From: Elusimicrobiota bacterium
Lineage (GTDB): Bacteria > Elusimicrobiota > Elusimicrobia > UBA1565 > UBA9628
Length of the DNA stretch: 50,370 nt
Assembly (NCBI GenBank): GCA_027319565.1
Contig: DAHVNA010000014.1
Location: 1 to 50,370, forward strand
Direction: 5' to 3'
Below, one piece after another: positions 10,671 through 19,813 of this stretch; the first letter of the stretch is position 1, and each line of letters begins with the position of its first letter. The notes under the pieces are model-generated. The model searched no databases. It was not told where the DNA came from and saw only the letters and a list, made by a program, of their open reading frames with translations. A program made the position numbers and the translations under genes.

Positions 10671-11746
10671 ACTTCCTCCGGATTTTCCATTAAACGCATA
10701 AACGCATCGACGACATTCGGATCAAAAGCCGTTCCTGAGCCTTCTTTTGCGAGCTTAAGAGCGCGAACATAAATTTCATCCTTGCTGTCCCCGGCCTGGC
10801 GCGACTCCTCAACGGCTTCGACCATACCCAGAATTCTCGCGCCCAAGGAGATTTCTTCTCCTTTCGCTCCGCTCGGAAACCCCGTTCCGTCGAATTTTTC
10901 ATGATGCTGGCTGATGATGGGAATGGCGCCGGAAAGGATTTTAATGCCTTCTAGCATCCGAACCGAAAACTCCGGGTGCATGGACTCAAGCGGACGTTCA
11001 ACGCCCCATAACTCCAAAAGCCGAGGATTCCTTAGCGCGATATAGCCCATATCGTGCAAAAGACCGGCGTAATAAAGCGCGCGATAATCCTGGCCGCGAA
11101 CGTTCAACTCCCGCCCAATCGCGCAGGCCAGGCGAGCGGATCTTTCGGGATGGCCAAACATCGAGGGACGCGCGCTTTCGATGCAAGAAATGAGTATCTC
11201 AAGCATATTGGCGAAAAAGTTTTTCTGCTCGGATAAGATTTTTGTATTGATCACCGAAAGACACGCCAAAGAAGCCAGGCTTGAAAGAATCTCGATATCT
11301 TTTTCTTCGTAGGCGCCTTCGCGCTTGTTTAACACCTCAAGCACCCCGACGATTTCGTTTTGAAAAAGCATTGGAACGCACAAAAGGGAACGAGTTTGAA
11401 AACCGGAGGCCTTGTCGAAACGGCCTAAAAACCGCAGATCCGATTTCGGGTCGTTAATCAACTCGGGTTTTTTCGTTTGAGCCACCGTTCCCGCGATTCC
11501 TTGCCCCACCGGGAGGGTCATGGTTTTAATGGCTCTGCCCCCTTCGCCGGAAGCGACGCGAAAATAAAGATTTTGTTTGTCTTCGGTCAAAAGCAAGATG
11601 GAACTAGCTTCTGAATTAGACAAACGTTCCGCGGCCTTGCCGATTTTTTCAAGCAAATCATCCAAATCCGCCGCGCTGCTGAGGCTTCTGGCGATTTCAA
11701 AAACCTCCGCTCCCAAAACCGGGGCCGCTTCCATGCCTTTAGCCAT
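10664..11746 (-). CDS. GAF plus HD-GYP-type domain protein (divergent motifs)
   Basis: GAF with GIAG.V and [26 protein letters not shown] at 11746 after GGAGG. Confidence 0.82.
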   Translation of the reverse strand: MAKGMEAAPVLGAEVFEIARSLSSAADLDDLLEKIGKAAERLSNSEASSILLLTEDKQNLYFRVASGEGGRAIKTMTLPVGQGIAGTVAQTKKPELINDPKSDLRFLGRFDKASGFQTRSLLCVPMLFQNEIVGVLEVLNKREGAYEEKDIEILSSLASLACLSVINTKILSEQKNFFANMLEILISCIESARPSMFGHPERSARLACAIGRELNVRGQDYRALYYAGLLHDMGYIALRNPRLLELWGVERPLESMHPEFSVRMLEGIKILSGAIPIISQHHEKFDGTGFPSGAKGEEISLGARILGMVEAVEESRQAGDSKDEIYVRALKLAKEGSGTAFDPNVVDAFMRLMENPEEVW

Positions 11747-13535
11747 TCTCAACCCCTCCTAAAACCTCGCGGACCGTCGTTAATCCCGCCTTGACTTTTT
11801 CAAGACCGTCTTGCACTAGGGTTTTGAGCCCCTCTTTAACGGCCTCTTGCCGAATTAAATCCGCCTGAGACTCGCGCAGGGCTAAAGAACGGAGATTTTC
11901 CGACATAAGCAAAAGCTCATGAATCCCCAAACGGCCTTTAAATCCCAAATTGTTGCAAGCCGAGCACTTGGATCCAGAAGAAGGCGTCCCATAAAGCTGG
12001 ATATTTGAGGGCAAGTCAACTTTATGATCTTTAAATATCTGAATCTCTTCGGGAGTCGGAGCGTGGGGAGCTTTACACTCCGGGCAAAGGCGGCGAGAAA
12101 GCCTTTGAGCGAGAACCGCTTTAATAGTCGTCGCGACCATAAAAGAAGGAATTCCCATCTCAATTAAGCGCAAAATCGCGGCGATGGAATCATTGGTGTG
12201 AATGGTCGAAAAAACCAGGTGGCCGGTCATCGCCGCTTCCATGGCGATCTTGGCTGTCTCTTCATCTCTAATTTCTCCGACCATGATGACATCCGGGTCC
12301 AAGCGCAAAAACGAGCGCAACGCCGAGGCAAAATCGAATTTCTTGCCTTCTCCCAACTTAATATCCGGATTGACGGGCACTTGGACAATACCGTCTAGAT
12401 TATATTCAACCGGGTTTTCCGCGGTTAAGATTTTGATATCCGGGCGATTAATGTAATTGAGCGCGGCATAAAGAGTGGTCGATTTCCCCGATCCCGTCGG
12501 TCCGCTCAGCAAAACAAGACCGTAATTTTTCTTACCGCCAATTCCCTTTAAAATGCCGGTGAATCTTTCCAGCGTCTCCGGCAGAAAGCCCATTTTTTGG
12601 ATGTCCACTTGAACCGCTTTGCGATCCAATATGCGCATCACGCAAGATTCGCCGTAAACCGTGGGCACCATCTCAACGCGAAACTCCAAAGGACGTCCTT
12701 CGGCCAACACCTGAATCCGGCCCGATTGAGGAACACGGCGCTCGGTGATGTTCATTGAATTGGTCATGATCTTAATTTTCGCGGAAATGGCGTTTCGATA
12801 GTTCCACGGCACGGTAAAAGGCCCCGGAACCAAGGTCCCGTCGACGCGATAGCGAATAAGAATTTTCGAACTTTTCCCCGCCGGATCCTCAAAAGGCTCG
12901 ATATGAATATCGGAAGCCCTTAACGACACCGCCGTCAAAATAATCGCGTTGACAATTTTCTCGATTTCCGGAGCGTCGGCATCAATCTCGGCGATATCGG
13001 ATCTAGGCGCTTCAAAGCCAAACCCTTCCGGGCTTTCAATCGCCACTTCTTTATTGACCATCTCGGCAACCATTCGGTTGACGGCTTCGACCTTTCCGTA
13101 AATTTTCTCAAAGGCCCGGACAATATCTTGGGGTAAGGCAAGGTGGGCGAGAACCTCAAAACCCGATCGCAGAGCAATATCTTCGACCGCGAAAAAATCC
13201 CAGGGATCGGCCATAGCAAGGGAAAGGGTTTTACCTTCTTTGGCAAAGGCAACGGCCCTATAACGCCGAGCCGCGGGCTCCGGAATAATTTTGACAATCT
13301 CCTCATCCAACTCGACACCAGCGAGATCGATGGTTTTAACCTGCCATTCCTTCGCCACCAACTCAAGCAAAACGTCTTTCGACACGAGCCCGCCTTCGAC
13401 AAAAGCGTCCAAAAGAGAAACTCTATTGAGTTGAGCGAATTTTTCCGCCTCCTGAATTTTGCCGTTTTCGACGAGTTTAGCTTCCAGCAAAATTTCAGAA
13501 GCGCTTTTTCTCCGCGCCAAACCCCTAACCGCCAT
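11739..13535 (-). CDS. GspE/PilB-family secretion/pilus assembly ATPase
   Basis: ASDIHIEP, GPTGSGKSTTLY, MVGEIRD, GHLVFSTIHTND, CPEC...CSAC zinc motif; ATG at 13535 after GGAG. Confidence 0.92.
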   Translation of the reverse strand: MAVRGLARRKSASEILLEAKLVENGKIQEAEKFAQLNRVSLLDAFVEGGLVSKDVLLELVAKEWQVKTIDLAGVELDEEIVKIIPEPAARRYRAVAFAKEGKTLSLAMADPWDFFAVEDIALRSGFEVLAHLALPQDIVRAFEKIYGKVEAVNRMVAEMVNKEVAIESPEGFGFEAPRSDIAEIDADAPEIEKIVNAIILTAVSLRASDIHIEPFEDPAGKSSKILIRYRVDGTLVPGPFTVPWNYRNAISAKIKIMTNSMNITERRVPQSGRIQVLAEGRPLEFRVEMVPTVYGESCVMRILDRKAVQVDIQKMGFLPETLERFTGILKGIGGKKNYGLVLLSGPTGSGKSTTLYAALNYINRPDIKILTAENPVEYNLDGIVQVPVNPDIKLGEGKKFDFASALRSFLRLDPDVIMVGEIRDEETAKIAMEAAMTGHLVFSTIHTNDSIAAILRLIEMGIPSFMVATTIKAVLAQRLSRRLCPECKAPHAPTPEEIQIFKDHKVDLPSNIQLYGTPSSGSKCSACNNLGFKGRLGIHELLLMSENLRSLALRESQADLIRQEAVKEGLKTLVQDGLEKVKAGLTTVREVLGGVENG

Positions 13536-15099
13536 GGTATTCTCCAAAGACCGTTCTCAATACGCCACAGATTTCGCCCAAAGTCGCGCGGTTCTCGACA
13601 CAAGACAAAATTAATGGGAAGAGATTTTCTGTTCCTCTGGCGGATCCTTCAAGATTTTTAAGAGAACGCTCAACTTCGGACTGATTGCGGTTTTTCTTGA
13701 ATTTTTTGAGGCGGAGAACGGCTTCTTTTTCCAATTTCAAGGAAACTTTCAATATCTTCGTTTCAGAGTTTTCTCCGCCTTCTTTGAGGATGTTGACCCC
13801 GACAATTTTGCGTTTTCCGCTTTCGATCTCGGATTGGAACTGATAGGCCCGTTCATGGATTTCCGCTTGCGGCTCTCCTTTTTCAATCAAGGCCAGCATG
13901 CCCTTTGAGGCGCGGATAGCGGCAATCTTTTCAAGGACGCGCCGCTCGATATCGTCGGTCAATTTCTCAATGGTCCAAGACCCGCCGACCGGATCGACCG
14001 AATCCGGAACTCCGGTTTCATAAGCGAGAATCTGCTGCGTTCTCAAGGCCAGCCGCGCCGATTCCTCGGTTGGTAGCCCCAAGGCCTCATCATAAGAGTT
14101 AGTATGCAAAGATTGCGCGCCGCCTAGAATCGCCGACATTGCCTGAAGCGCGACCCGAATCGCGTTATTTTCCGGCTGCTGGCTAGTCAAGGTCGAGCCG
14201 CAGGTTTGGACATGAAAGCGCAAGGCCATCGCCTTGGGGTCTTTGGCCCCGTAATCTTCCTTCATCATTTTGGCCCAGATGCGCCGCGCCGCTCTAAATT
14301 TCGCGATTTCTTCCAGAAAATGATTGTGGCATCCGAAGAAAAAAGCGATTCTTGCACCGCATTGATCGGCCGACACTCCGCGAGAGAGCATTTCTTTCAA
14401 ATAAACCTCGGCATTGCCGAAGGTAAAAGCCAATTCCTGAACCGCGTCGGAGCCCGCCTCCCGGATATGATAGCCTGAAATTGAAATCGGATGGAATTGC
14501 GCAATGTGTTTAAATGAATACTCCATCGCATCCGCGGCCAGCCGCAAAGACGGCTGTGGCGGATAAATATAGGTTCCCCGTGCGAGAAATTCTTTGAGGA
14601 TATCGTTTTGCAGAGTTCCGCGAAGCGCCGACAAGGCCACGCCTCTTTTTTTAGCCACCGCCGCGTAAAAAGCCAGTAAAACGATGGCGGTCGCGTTGAT
14701 CGTCAGAGAAGTTGAAACCTGATCCAAAGGAATTTGATCAAACAAGGTCTCCATGTCCTCGATATGCCCGATATGAACTCCGGTGCGACCGACTTCTCCC
14801 TTTGACACGGGGTCATCCGCGTCAAAGCCCATCTGGGTTGGAAGATCAAACGCGGTTGAAAGGCCGGTTTGCCCTTCCTCTAAAAGCCAGCGAAACCTCT
14901 GATTTGTTTCCTTCGCGGTCCCAAACCCCGCGTATTGCCGCATCGTCCACAGGCGCCCGCGGTACATATTCTTTTGAATTCCGCGCGTAAACGGATATTC
15001 CCCGGCTTTTCCCAAATCTTTGGACGGAACATTTTCCGGGCCGTAATAACGCTCGATCTCGATTCCGGAAGGGGTGGTAAAAGCTAATTCGTCGCTCAT
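13525..15099 (-). CDS. Methylmalonyl-CoA mutase, substrate-binding large subunit
   Basis: YPFTRG, WTMRQYAGFG (Tyr) and KEFLARGT (Arg) specificity residues, SGYHIREAG. Confidence 0.92.
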   Translation of the reverse strand: MSDELAFTTPSGIEIERYYGPENVPSKDLGKAGEYPFTRGIQKNMYRGRLWTMRQYAGFGTAKETNQRFRWLLEEGQTGLSTAFDLPTQMGFDADDPVSKGEVGRTGVHIGHIEDMETLFDQIPLDQVSTSLTINATAIVLLAFYAAVAKKRGVALSALRGTLQNDILKEFLARGTYIYPPQPSLRLAADAMEYSFKHIAQFHPISISGYHIREAGSDAVQELAFTFGNAEVYLKEMLSRGVSADQCGARIAFFFGCHNHFLEEIAKFRAARRIWAKMMKEDYGAKDPKAMALRFHVQTCGSTLTSQQPENNAIRVALQAMSAILGGAQSLHTNSYDEALGLPTEESARLALRTQQILAYETGVPDSVDPVGGSWTIEKLTDDIERRVLEKIAAIRASKGMLALIEKGEPQAEIHERAYQFQSEIESGKRKIVGVNILKEGGENSETKILKVSLKLEKEAVLRLKKFKKNRNQSEVERSLKNLEGSARGTENLFPLILSCVENRATLGEICGVLRTVFGEYHGG

Positions 15100-15123
15100 T
15101 TTGTTTTTTAGTTCCAGGTTTAA

Positions 15124-15480
15124 TTATTTTGACCTAAACTCAAGAACATCTCCTTTGGAAATTTGTTCCGCCGCTCCCTCAGCCAACTCTAAAACGCTAT
15201 AGGCGCCCCAAACCCAAGGCGTCGCGCGCCAAGGCTTCAGCTTTCTAAATATCCGCACCACTCTATTTTGCCTATCTATGAAAACCGCGTCAATGGCAAA
15301 CTTCATAAAAAACATATGGATCATCGCGCAGGGAATAATCCACATCCCTTCCTCGCGAGAAAGGCTCTTGCGGCCTAAGAGCCCGCGGGAGCGGGATTCC
15401 CAGGTGTCCGCCTTAACGATCTTCTCGGCTACCTTAAGCCCCCGCGTTTTGTTAAAAGCTACCAAAAAGAGATTGTCCAT
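15124..15480 (-). CDS. DUF192-family protein
   Basis: RSRGLLGR, IHMFFMKFAIDAVF.D, VLELAEG. Confidence 0.85.
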   Translation of the reverse strand: MDNLFLVAFNKTRGLKVAEKIVKADTWESRSRGLLGRKSLSREEGMWIIPCAMIHMFFMKFAIDAVFIDRQNRVVRIFRKLKPWRATPWVWGAYSVLELAEGAAEQISKGDVLEFRSK

Positions 15481-17157
15481 TCAACGGATCACCGAAAAGC
15501 GCCCCTTGGTATTTCCACCTCCGGTCGTGACAAGAAAAATATAGGTTCCCGAAGCGACCAATTGCCCGCCAGAATTTCTCCCGTCCCAGGTTAAACCCGT
15601 AATGGTATTGACCAATTGCCCGGAGACGGTATAAATCTTGATTGTGGGATTACTTCCCGCGACGCTGCCGGGAATAGAAAAAGACAATTCTCCCTGATTC
15701 GGACGAAAGGGATTGGGAAAAGCGATAGCCTTTGACTCTCCCGTAAAATTAGCCAAGGTCCCGTTTTGCGCCAGCCTTAAGCTTTTAAAAACGTTGATGC
15801 GGCCAGCGCCCTGATAATTGGCGTCCGCTCCGATATTGTCGGCCCCGCCGCGAATCCAATATTGAACTTGGGCTGCGGTCGCGGCAGGATGGGCGGACAA
15901 AAGAAGCGCCGCGAGCCCCGCGACATGAGGCGCGGAAAATGAAGTGCCGCTCGCGGAACTTGTCGTTCCACTAGAGACATCAGTCGTCACATCATTGACC
16001 CCGGGAGCGACGACGCCATTGGCGGCAAGCTCAGGGCCGTTCGATGAGAAATAAGCGATCTGATTATTTTGATCATCGGCGCCAACCGGCATCACCCCTC
16101 CGCTGTCGGTTGTTCCCGCGCAGTCGGCGGGAGCGTTGACCGAACTCCCGTCGTTTCCCGCCGAAATCGCAAGCGGAATTCCCGTTGTTGTTGAAAGCGC
16201 GATCGCCTCGGCCATCGCCGTTGGGCTTGTCGAGGTATCAACGGAATTGATACAAGGCGTGCCGCTCGCGCCGAGACTCATATTGATGACGACTCTTCCG
16301 CCCACCCTGGGATTAGTCGCGAGAGACACGGCATATTCTATCGCATTAACGATAGCCGCGTCATCGGTCGAACAAGAGTTGCCGAAAGGAAAGATGTCGC
16401 TGCAATCGAGAGTGCAATCCGCGGAATTAAAAACCCGCAGGGAAAGCAGTTTCGCGCCCCAGGACACCCCGGCAATATCCAAGCCGTTATTGGTTTCAGC
16501 CGCGGCAATACCGGATGTGCGAGTCGCGTGATTACAGGCATAAATGGGTGGAGAATCGGGAACGCAGGGAGACCCGGTCGTATCCGGATCGCAAAATTGA
16601 CTCTCAAAACCGCCTGAATTTAAGAGTTTTCCGTCTAGATCGGGCTGAGCAGTTCCATCAATGCCGGTATCAATCATCGCGATGGTAACCGTGCTAGTTT
16701 GCCCAGTCTCATACTGCCATCCGCCGGGAGCGTCTATTTGACTGAGCGCATATTGCGAAGAAAAAAGCGGATCGTTGGGAGTCGGGGTTGAATTGGCCTT
16801 ATAGGCGCGGTCTACATCGACTGAGAGAACGCCGGGCTTTCCCTGAAAAAGATTGATGCCGTCAGCCACGCTCATTTGAATGGGCAGTGAAATCAAGGTC
16901 CAGCCAATATTGGGATAATCCCGCGCGACCGAACACCCCAAGGTCGCCAGCAAAGAAAATCTCCGCGCTTGAGAAAACGCCGGATCAAATTTGACCCACA
17001 AACGCCCAGAGGCGACCAAGATCGGTTTTGCTTGAGAAACCGGAGACTGCGATGAACTTCGCGCGTTGGCCGAAGAAGAAGGAGAATAATTCTCGACTTT
17101 AAGAGCTTTTGCCGAAACGGGAACCAACAGGAAAATCGCGAGCGCGATTTTCCTCAT
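15481..17157 (-). CDS. Secreted S8 (subtilisin-like) protease with C-terminal FlgD-Ig/T9SS-CTD-like domain
   Basis: Signal peptide; IDTG, NHATRTSG, SAGN, GTSFSAPHVAG; C-terminal FPNPF...IYTVSGQLV...WDGRN..G..VASGTY. Confidence 0.88.
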   Translation of the reverse strand: MRKIALAIFLLVPVSAKALKVENYSPSSSANARSSSQSPVSQAKPILVASGRLWVKFDPAFSQARRFSLLATLGCSVARDYPNIGWTLISLPIQMSVADGINLFQGKPGVLSVDVDRAYKANSTPTPNDPLFSSQYALSQIDAPGGWQYETGQTSTVTIAMIDTGIDGTAQPDLDGKLLNSGGFESQFCDPDTTGSPCVPDSPPIYACNHATRTSGIAAAETNNGLDIAGVSWGAKLLSLRVFNSADCTLDCSDIFPFGNSCSTDDAAIVNAIEYAVSLATNPRVGGRVVINMSLGASGTPCINSVDTSTSPTAMAEAIALSTTTGIPLAISAGNDGSSVNAPADCAGTTDSGGVMPVGADDQNNQIAYFSSNGPELAANGVVAPGVNDVTTDVSSGTTSSASGTSFSAPHVAGLAALLLSAHPAATAAQVQYWIRGGADNIGADANYQGAGRINVFKSLRLAQNGTLANFTGESKAIAFPNPFRPNQGELSFSIPGSVAGSNPTIKIYTVSGQLVNTITGLTWDGRNSGGQLVASGTYIFLVTTGGGNTKGRFSVIR

Positions 17158-17843
17158 ACAAGGACGGAGTTCTCCCGACGGATAATATCAACCAAATCGT
17201 AAATATCCGAGAGCTCAAACTCCGCCCCGGATTCTTTTGTGTCAAAGGTGTTTCCGTATTTAGCCCAGGCAGTGCGAATCCCCAAGGCCTTGGCTCCGGC
17301 GATATCTCTTTCCGCCCAATCCCCCACCATGATCGTTTCCTGCGGGCTCGTGCCAAGAACCTTGAGCGCCTTGCGGAAAGGCTCGGGAGCCGGCTTTTTA
17401 GCGACGTTTTCTTCTCCGGTAATCACGTCCTCAAAATGATGATGGAGCCCAAGCCCCACGATTCTCAGCCACACCTCGAGTTTGGGAGCGTCGGAAACGA
17501 CCACCATTCTTAGTCCCATTTTCAAGAGTTCGGCCAAGGCAAGTCCCACATGCGGATACAAGGTCATCGTACCGGCCTTGGAGCGGCGATAGGCGACAAT
17601 GGCCGCGGCCAAAATCTTGGGATTAATTTTTCCAAACTCTTTAAGAAGAACCTTGTCAAAAATCTTTTGATCCTCAACCCCGTCTTTCCAATAAATCTCG
17701 AAGATTTTTTCAACCATCGTGTTTTTATCGGCCTTAAGACCGGCGTCGATCATGCCTTCGACCGCCGCGTCAACGGCCGCGCGCTTGGTCTTCATGAAAT
17801 CCGTCAAGGTATTGTCGCAATCAAATAAAACCGCGCGAATCAT
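17154..17843 (-). CDS. HAD-IA family hydrolase
   Basis: FDCDNTL, VVSD, KKPAP, MVGDWAERDIAGA. Confidence 0.88.
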   Translation of the reverse strand: MIRAVLFDCDNTLTDFMKTKRAAVDAAVEGMIDAGLKADKNTMVEKIFEIYWKDGVEDQKIFDKVLLKEFGKINPKILAAAIVAYRRSKAGTMTLYPHVGLALAELLKMGLRMVVVSDAPKLEVWLRIVGLGLHHHFEDVITGEENVAKKPAPEPFRKALKVLGTSPQETIMVGDWAERDIAGAKALGIRTAWAKYGNTFDTKESGAEFELSDIYDLVDIIRRENSVLV

Positions 17844-17864
17844 AATAAGCTGGGAGCTTCTATG

Positions 17865-18431
17865 TTATTCTTTCGCCACGCGCTCAATATAAGAACTGGT
17901 TCGAGTATCCACTTTAATTCGATCCCCTTCTTTGATGAAAAGAGGAACCTGAACCTCAAGGCCGGTGTCTAAAGTCGCGGGCTTCATCATGTTGGAAACG
18001 GAATCTCCCTTGATGCCGGGAACGGTGGAAACAACGGTCAACACCACATTGGGCGGCAGTTCAATGGCGGTCAATTTCTCATCGACATAAACGCCTAGGA
18101 CCTGCATATTTTCTTGGAGAAATTTAGCCTGATCTCCCAGGCGCTCCTTAGGGAAAGCCACTTGCTCGTAGGTTTCCATATCCATAAAAACGGCGTTAGA
18201 GCCTTCATCATAGATGTATTGCTTTTCGCGTCGGGCGACAGGAACATCGCGGAATTTAGTTCCCTCGCGATAGGACTTTTCAAAAACGTTGCCGCTCGCC
18301 AGAGAGCGAACCGTCGCGCGATAGGTGGAGCGGGATTGAGACATCCGGTGCTGCTGATAAGAAATAATCTGCCAAAATTGCCCCTCATCCTCAAAAACAA
18401 TGCCTTGCTTAAAGTCCGAAGTCGTAATCAT
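17865..18431 (-). CDS. efp: Elongation factor P with non-canonical tip loop (RMSQS)
   Basis: FMDMETYEQ, ELPPNV, PGIKGDSV, KPATL.TG..VQVPLFIKEGD.IKVDTR. Confidence 0.93.
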   Translation of the reverse strand: MITTSDFKQGIVFEDEGQFWQIISYQQHRMSQSRSTYRATVRSLASGNVFEKSYREGTKFRDVPVARREKQYIYDEGSNAVFMDMETYEQVAFPKERLGDQAKFLQENMQVLGVYVDEKLTAIELPPNVVLTVVSTVPGIKGDSVSNMMKPATLDTGLEVQVPLFIKEGDRIKVDTRTSSYIERVAKE

Positions 18432-18476
18432 GAATCTCTCCTGGAAATAAAATTTATTTTCGCTACTCAGTCTATT

Positions 18477-19730
18477 TTACATTTTTTGAACATCGTGGGT
18501 CGCGCTGGTCAGCCTTAAAACCTCGCGCGCGATCAAAAGTTCCTCATTGGCGGCAACCACATAGGCCTTGATTCGAGAATCAGGGCTTGAGATCAGATTT
18601 CCTTTTTGCGGAGATCCGATTAAATTTTTTTGCGGGTCAAGCGTAAGACCCAAGGGATCCAGCCCCGCGCATATTCTCTCCCGAATTTGTGGAGAATTTT
18701 CCCCGATTCCGCCGGTAAAAACAACCGCGTTGGCCCCGCCCATCTCCGCCAAATAAGCCCCAATATACCGCCGGGCGCGCAGACAAAAAATATCGATGGC
18801 CAGATGAGCCCTGCGATCCCGACTTTCTTTTTCCTCGTCCAAGAGTTCCCGCATATCCGAGGTAATTCCGGAAATGCCCAGCAGTCCCGACTCGCGGTTG
18901 AGCATCGAAATAATTTCAGCGATAGACATGCCTTCTTTATGAGAAATATATTCGATAATCGAAGCGTCTATGTCCCCCGAGCGCGTTCCCATCACCAAAC
19001 CTTCCAGCGGTGTAAACCCCATCGATGTGTCAAAAGATTTCCCTTCCTTGATTGCGCACACAGAACTGCCGTTTCCCAAATGAAGGCTGATGATGTCGGT
19101 CTCTTGAGGCGAAACCCCGGCGAGAGCCTGATATCGCATTGCGATGTATTGATGAGAGATGCCGTGAAATCCGTAGCGCCTGATTTTCAAGCGCCGATAA
19201 AAGTGATAAGGAATAGGGTAAAGATAAGAAGTCTCTGGTATGGTTGAGTGAAAGGCGGTATCAAAAACCGCGACTTGAGAAATGGAAGCGCCGAGAATCT
19301 CCCGAGCGGCGCGGATGCCCCTTAAGTTCGCGGGATTATGAAGAGGCGCCAAGTCCATGCAATCGGTAATACCCTCTTCGACGGTCTTGTCTATCAGAAT
19401 CGAGGTCTTGAATTTTTCCCCCCCATGCACCACCCGATGGCCGACCGCATTAATGTCGGACAAGGAATTAACCCCTTTAATGGCCGCTTGCGGCGATTCC
19501 AGCCATGCAGCTATGCGCTTGATGGCTTCGCGATGATCGCGAATAGGCGCGTCTTCTCTAAGAGAAGCCCGCCCCTCGGCTTCAAAAGAAATAAGAGCTA
19601 AGCCGCCAATTCGCTCAACAAGGCCTTTTGCAAGACACTCATCTTGGTTTTTGGCCGCGCGCGATGCGTCGGTTGAGATAATCTGAAATTTCACGGAAGA
19701 CGATCCGCAATTAAGGACTAGGATATTCAT
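18477..19730 (-). CDS. ackA: Acetate kinase
   Basis: Start MNILVLNCGSSS at 19730; GHRVVHGG, APLHNP, HLGNG, DTSMGFTPLEG, FTGGIGEN. Confidence 0.96.
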   Translation of the reverse strand: MNILVLNCGSSSVKFQIISTDASRAAKNQDECLAKGLVERIGGLALISFEAEGRASLREDAPIRDHREAIKRIAAWLESPQAAIKGVNSLSDINAVGHRVVHGGEKFKTSILIDKTVEEGITDCMDLAPLHNPANLRGIRAAREILGASISQVAVFDTAFHSTIPETSYLYPIPYHFYRRLKIRRYGFHGISHQYIAMRYQALAGVSPQETDIISLHLGNGSSVCAIKEGKSFDTSMGFTPLEGLVMGTRSGDIDASIIEYISHKEGMSIAEIISMLNRESGLLGISGITSDMRELLDEEKESRDRRAHLAIDIFCLRARRYIGAYLAEMGGANAVVFTGGIGENSPQIRERICAGLDPLGLTLDPQKNLIGSPQKGNLISSPDSRIKAYVVAANEELLIAREVLRLTSATHDVQKM

Positions 19731-19753
19731 AAGAGTATGATATCCAAAAAAAC

Positions 19754-19782
19754 TTGACCTTGCACGCCTATTATCATAAAGT
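19754..19782 (+). promoter_or_regulatory. sigma70-type promoter for phosphoketolase
   Basis: TTGACC-17 bp-TAAAGT, then GGAGG RBS at 19801 and ATG at 19814. Confidence 0.6.
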
Positions 19783-19813
19783 AAATTAAAGACAGACATT
19801 GGAGGAAACCACT

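Noticed and set aside
13525..15099. Possible isobutyryl-CoA or 2-hydroxyisobutyryl-CoA mutase
   Set aside because: Tyr (RQYAG) and Arg (LARGT) specificity residues plus adjacent mce indicate methylmalonyl-CoA mutase
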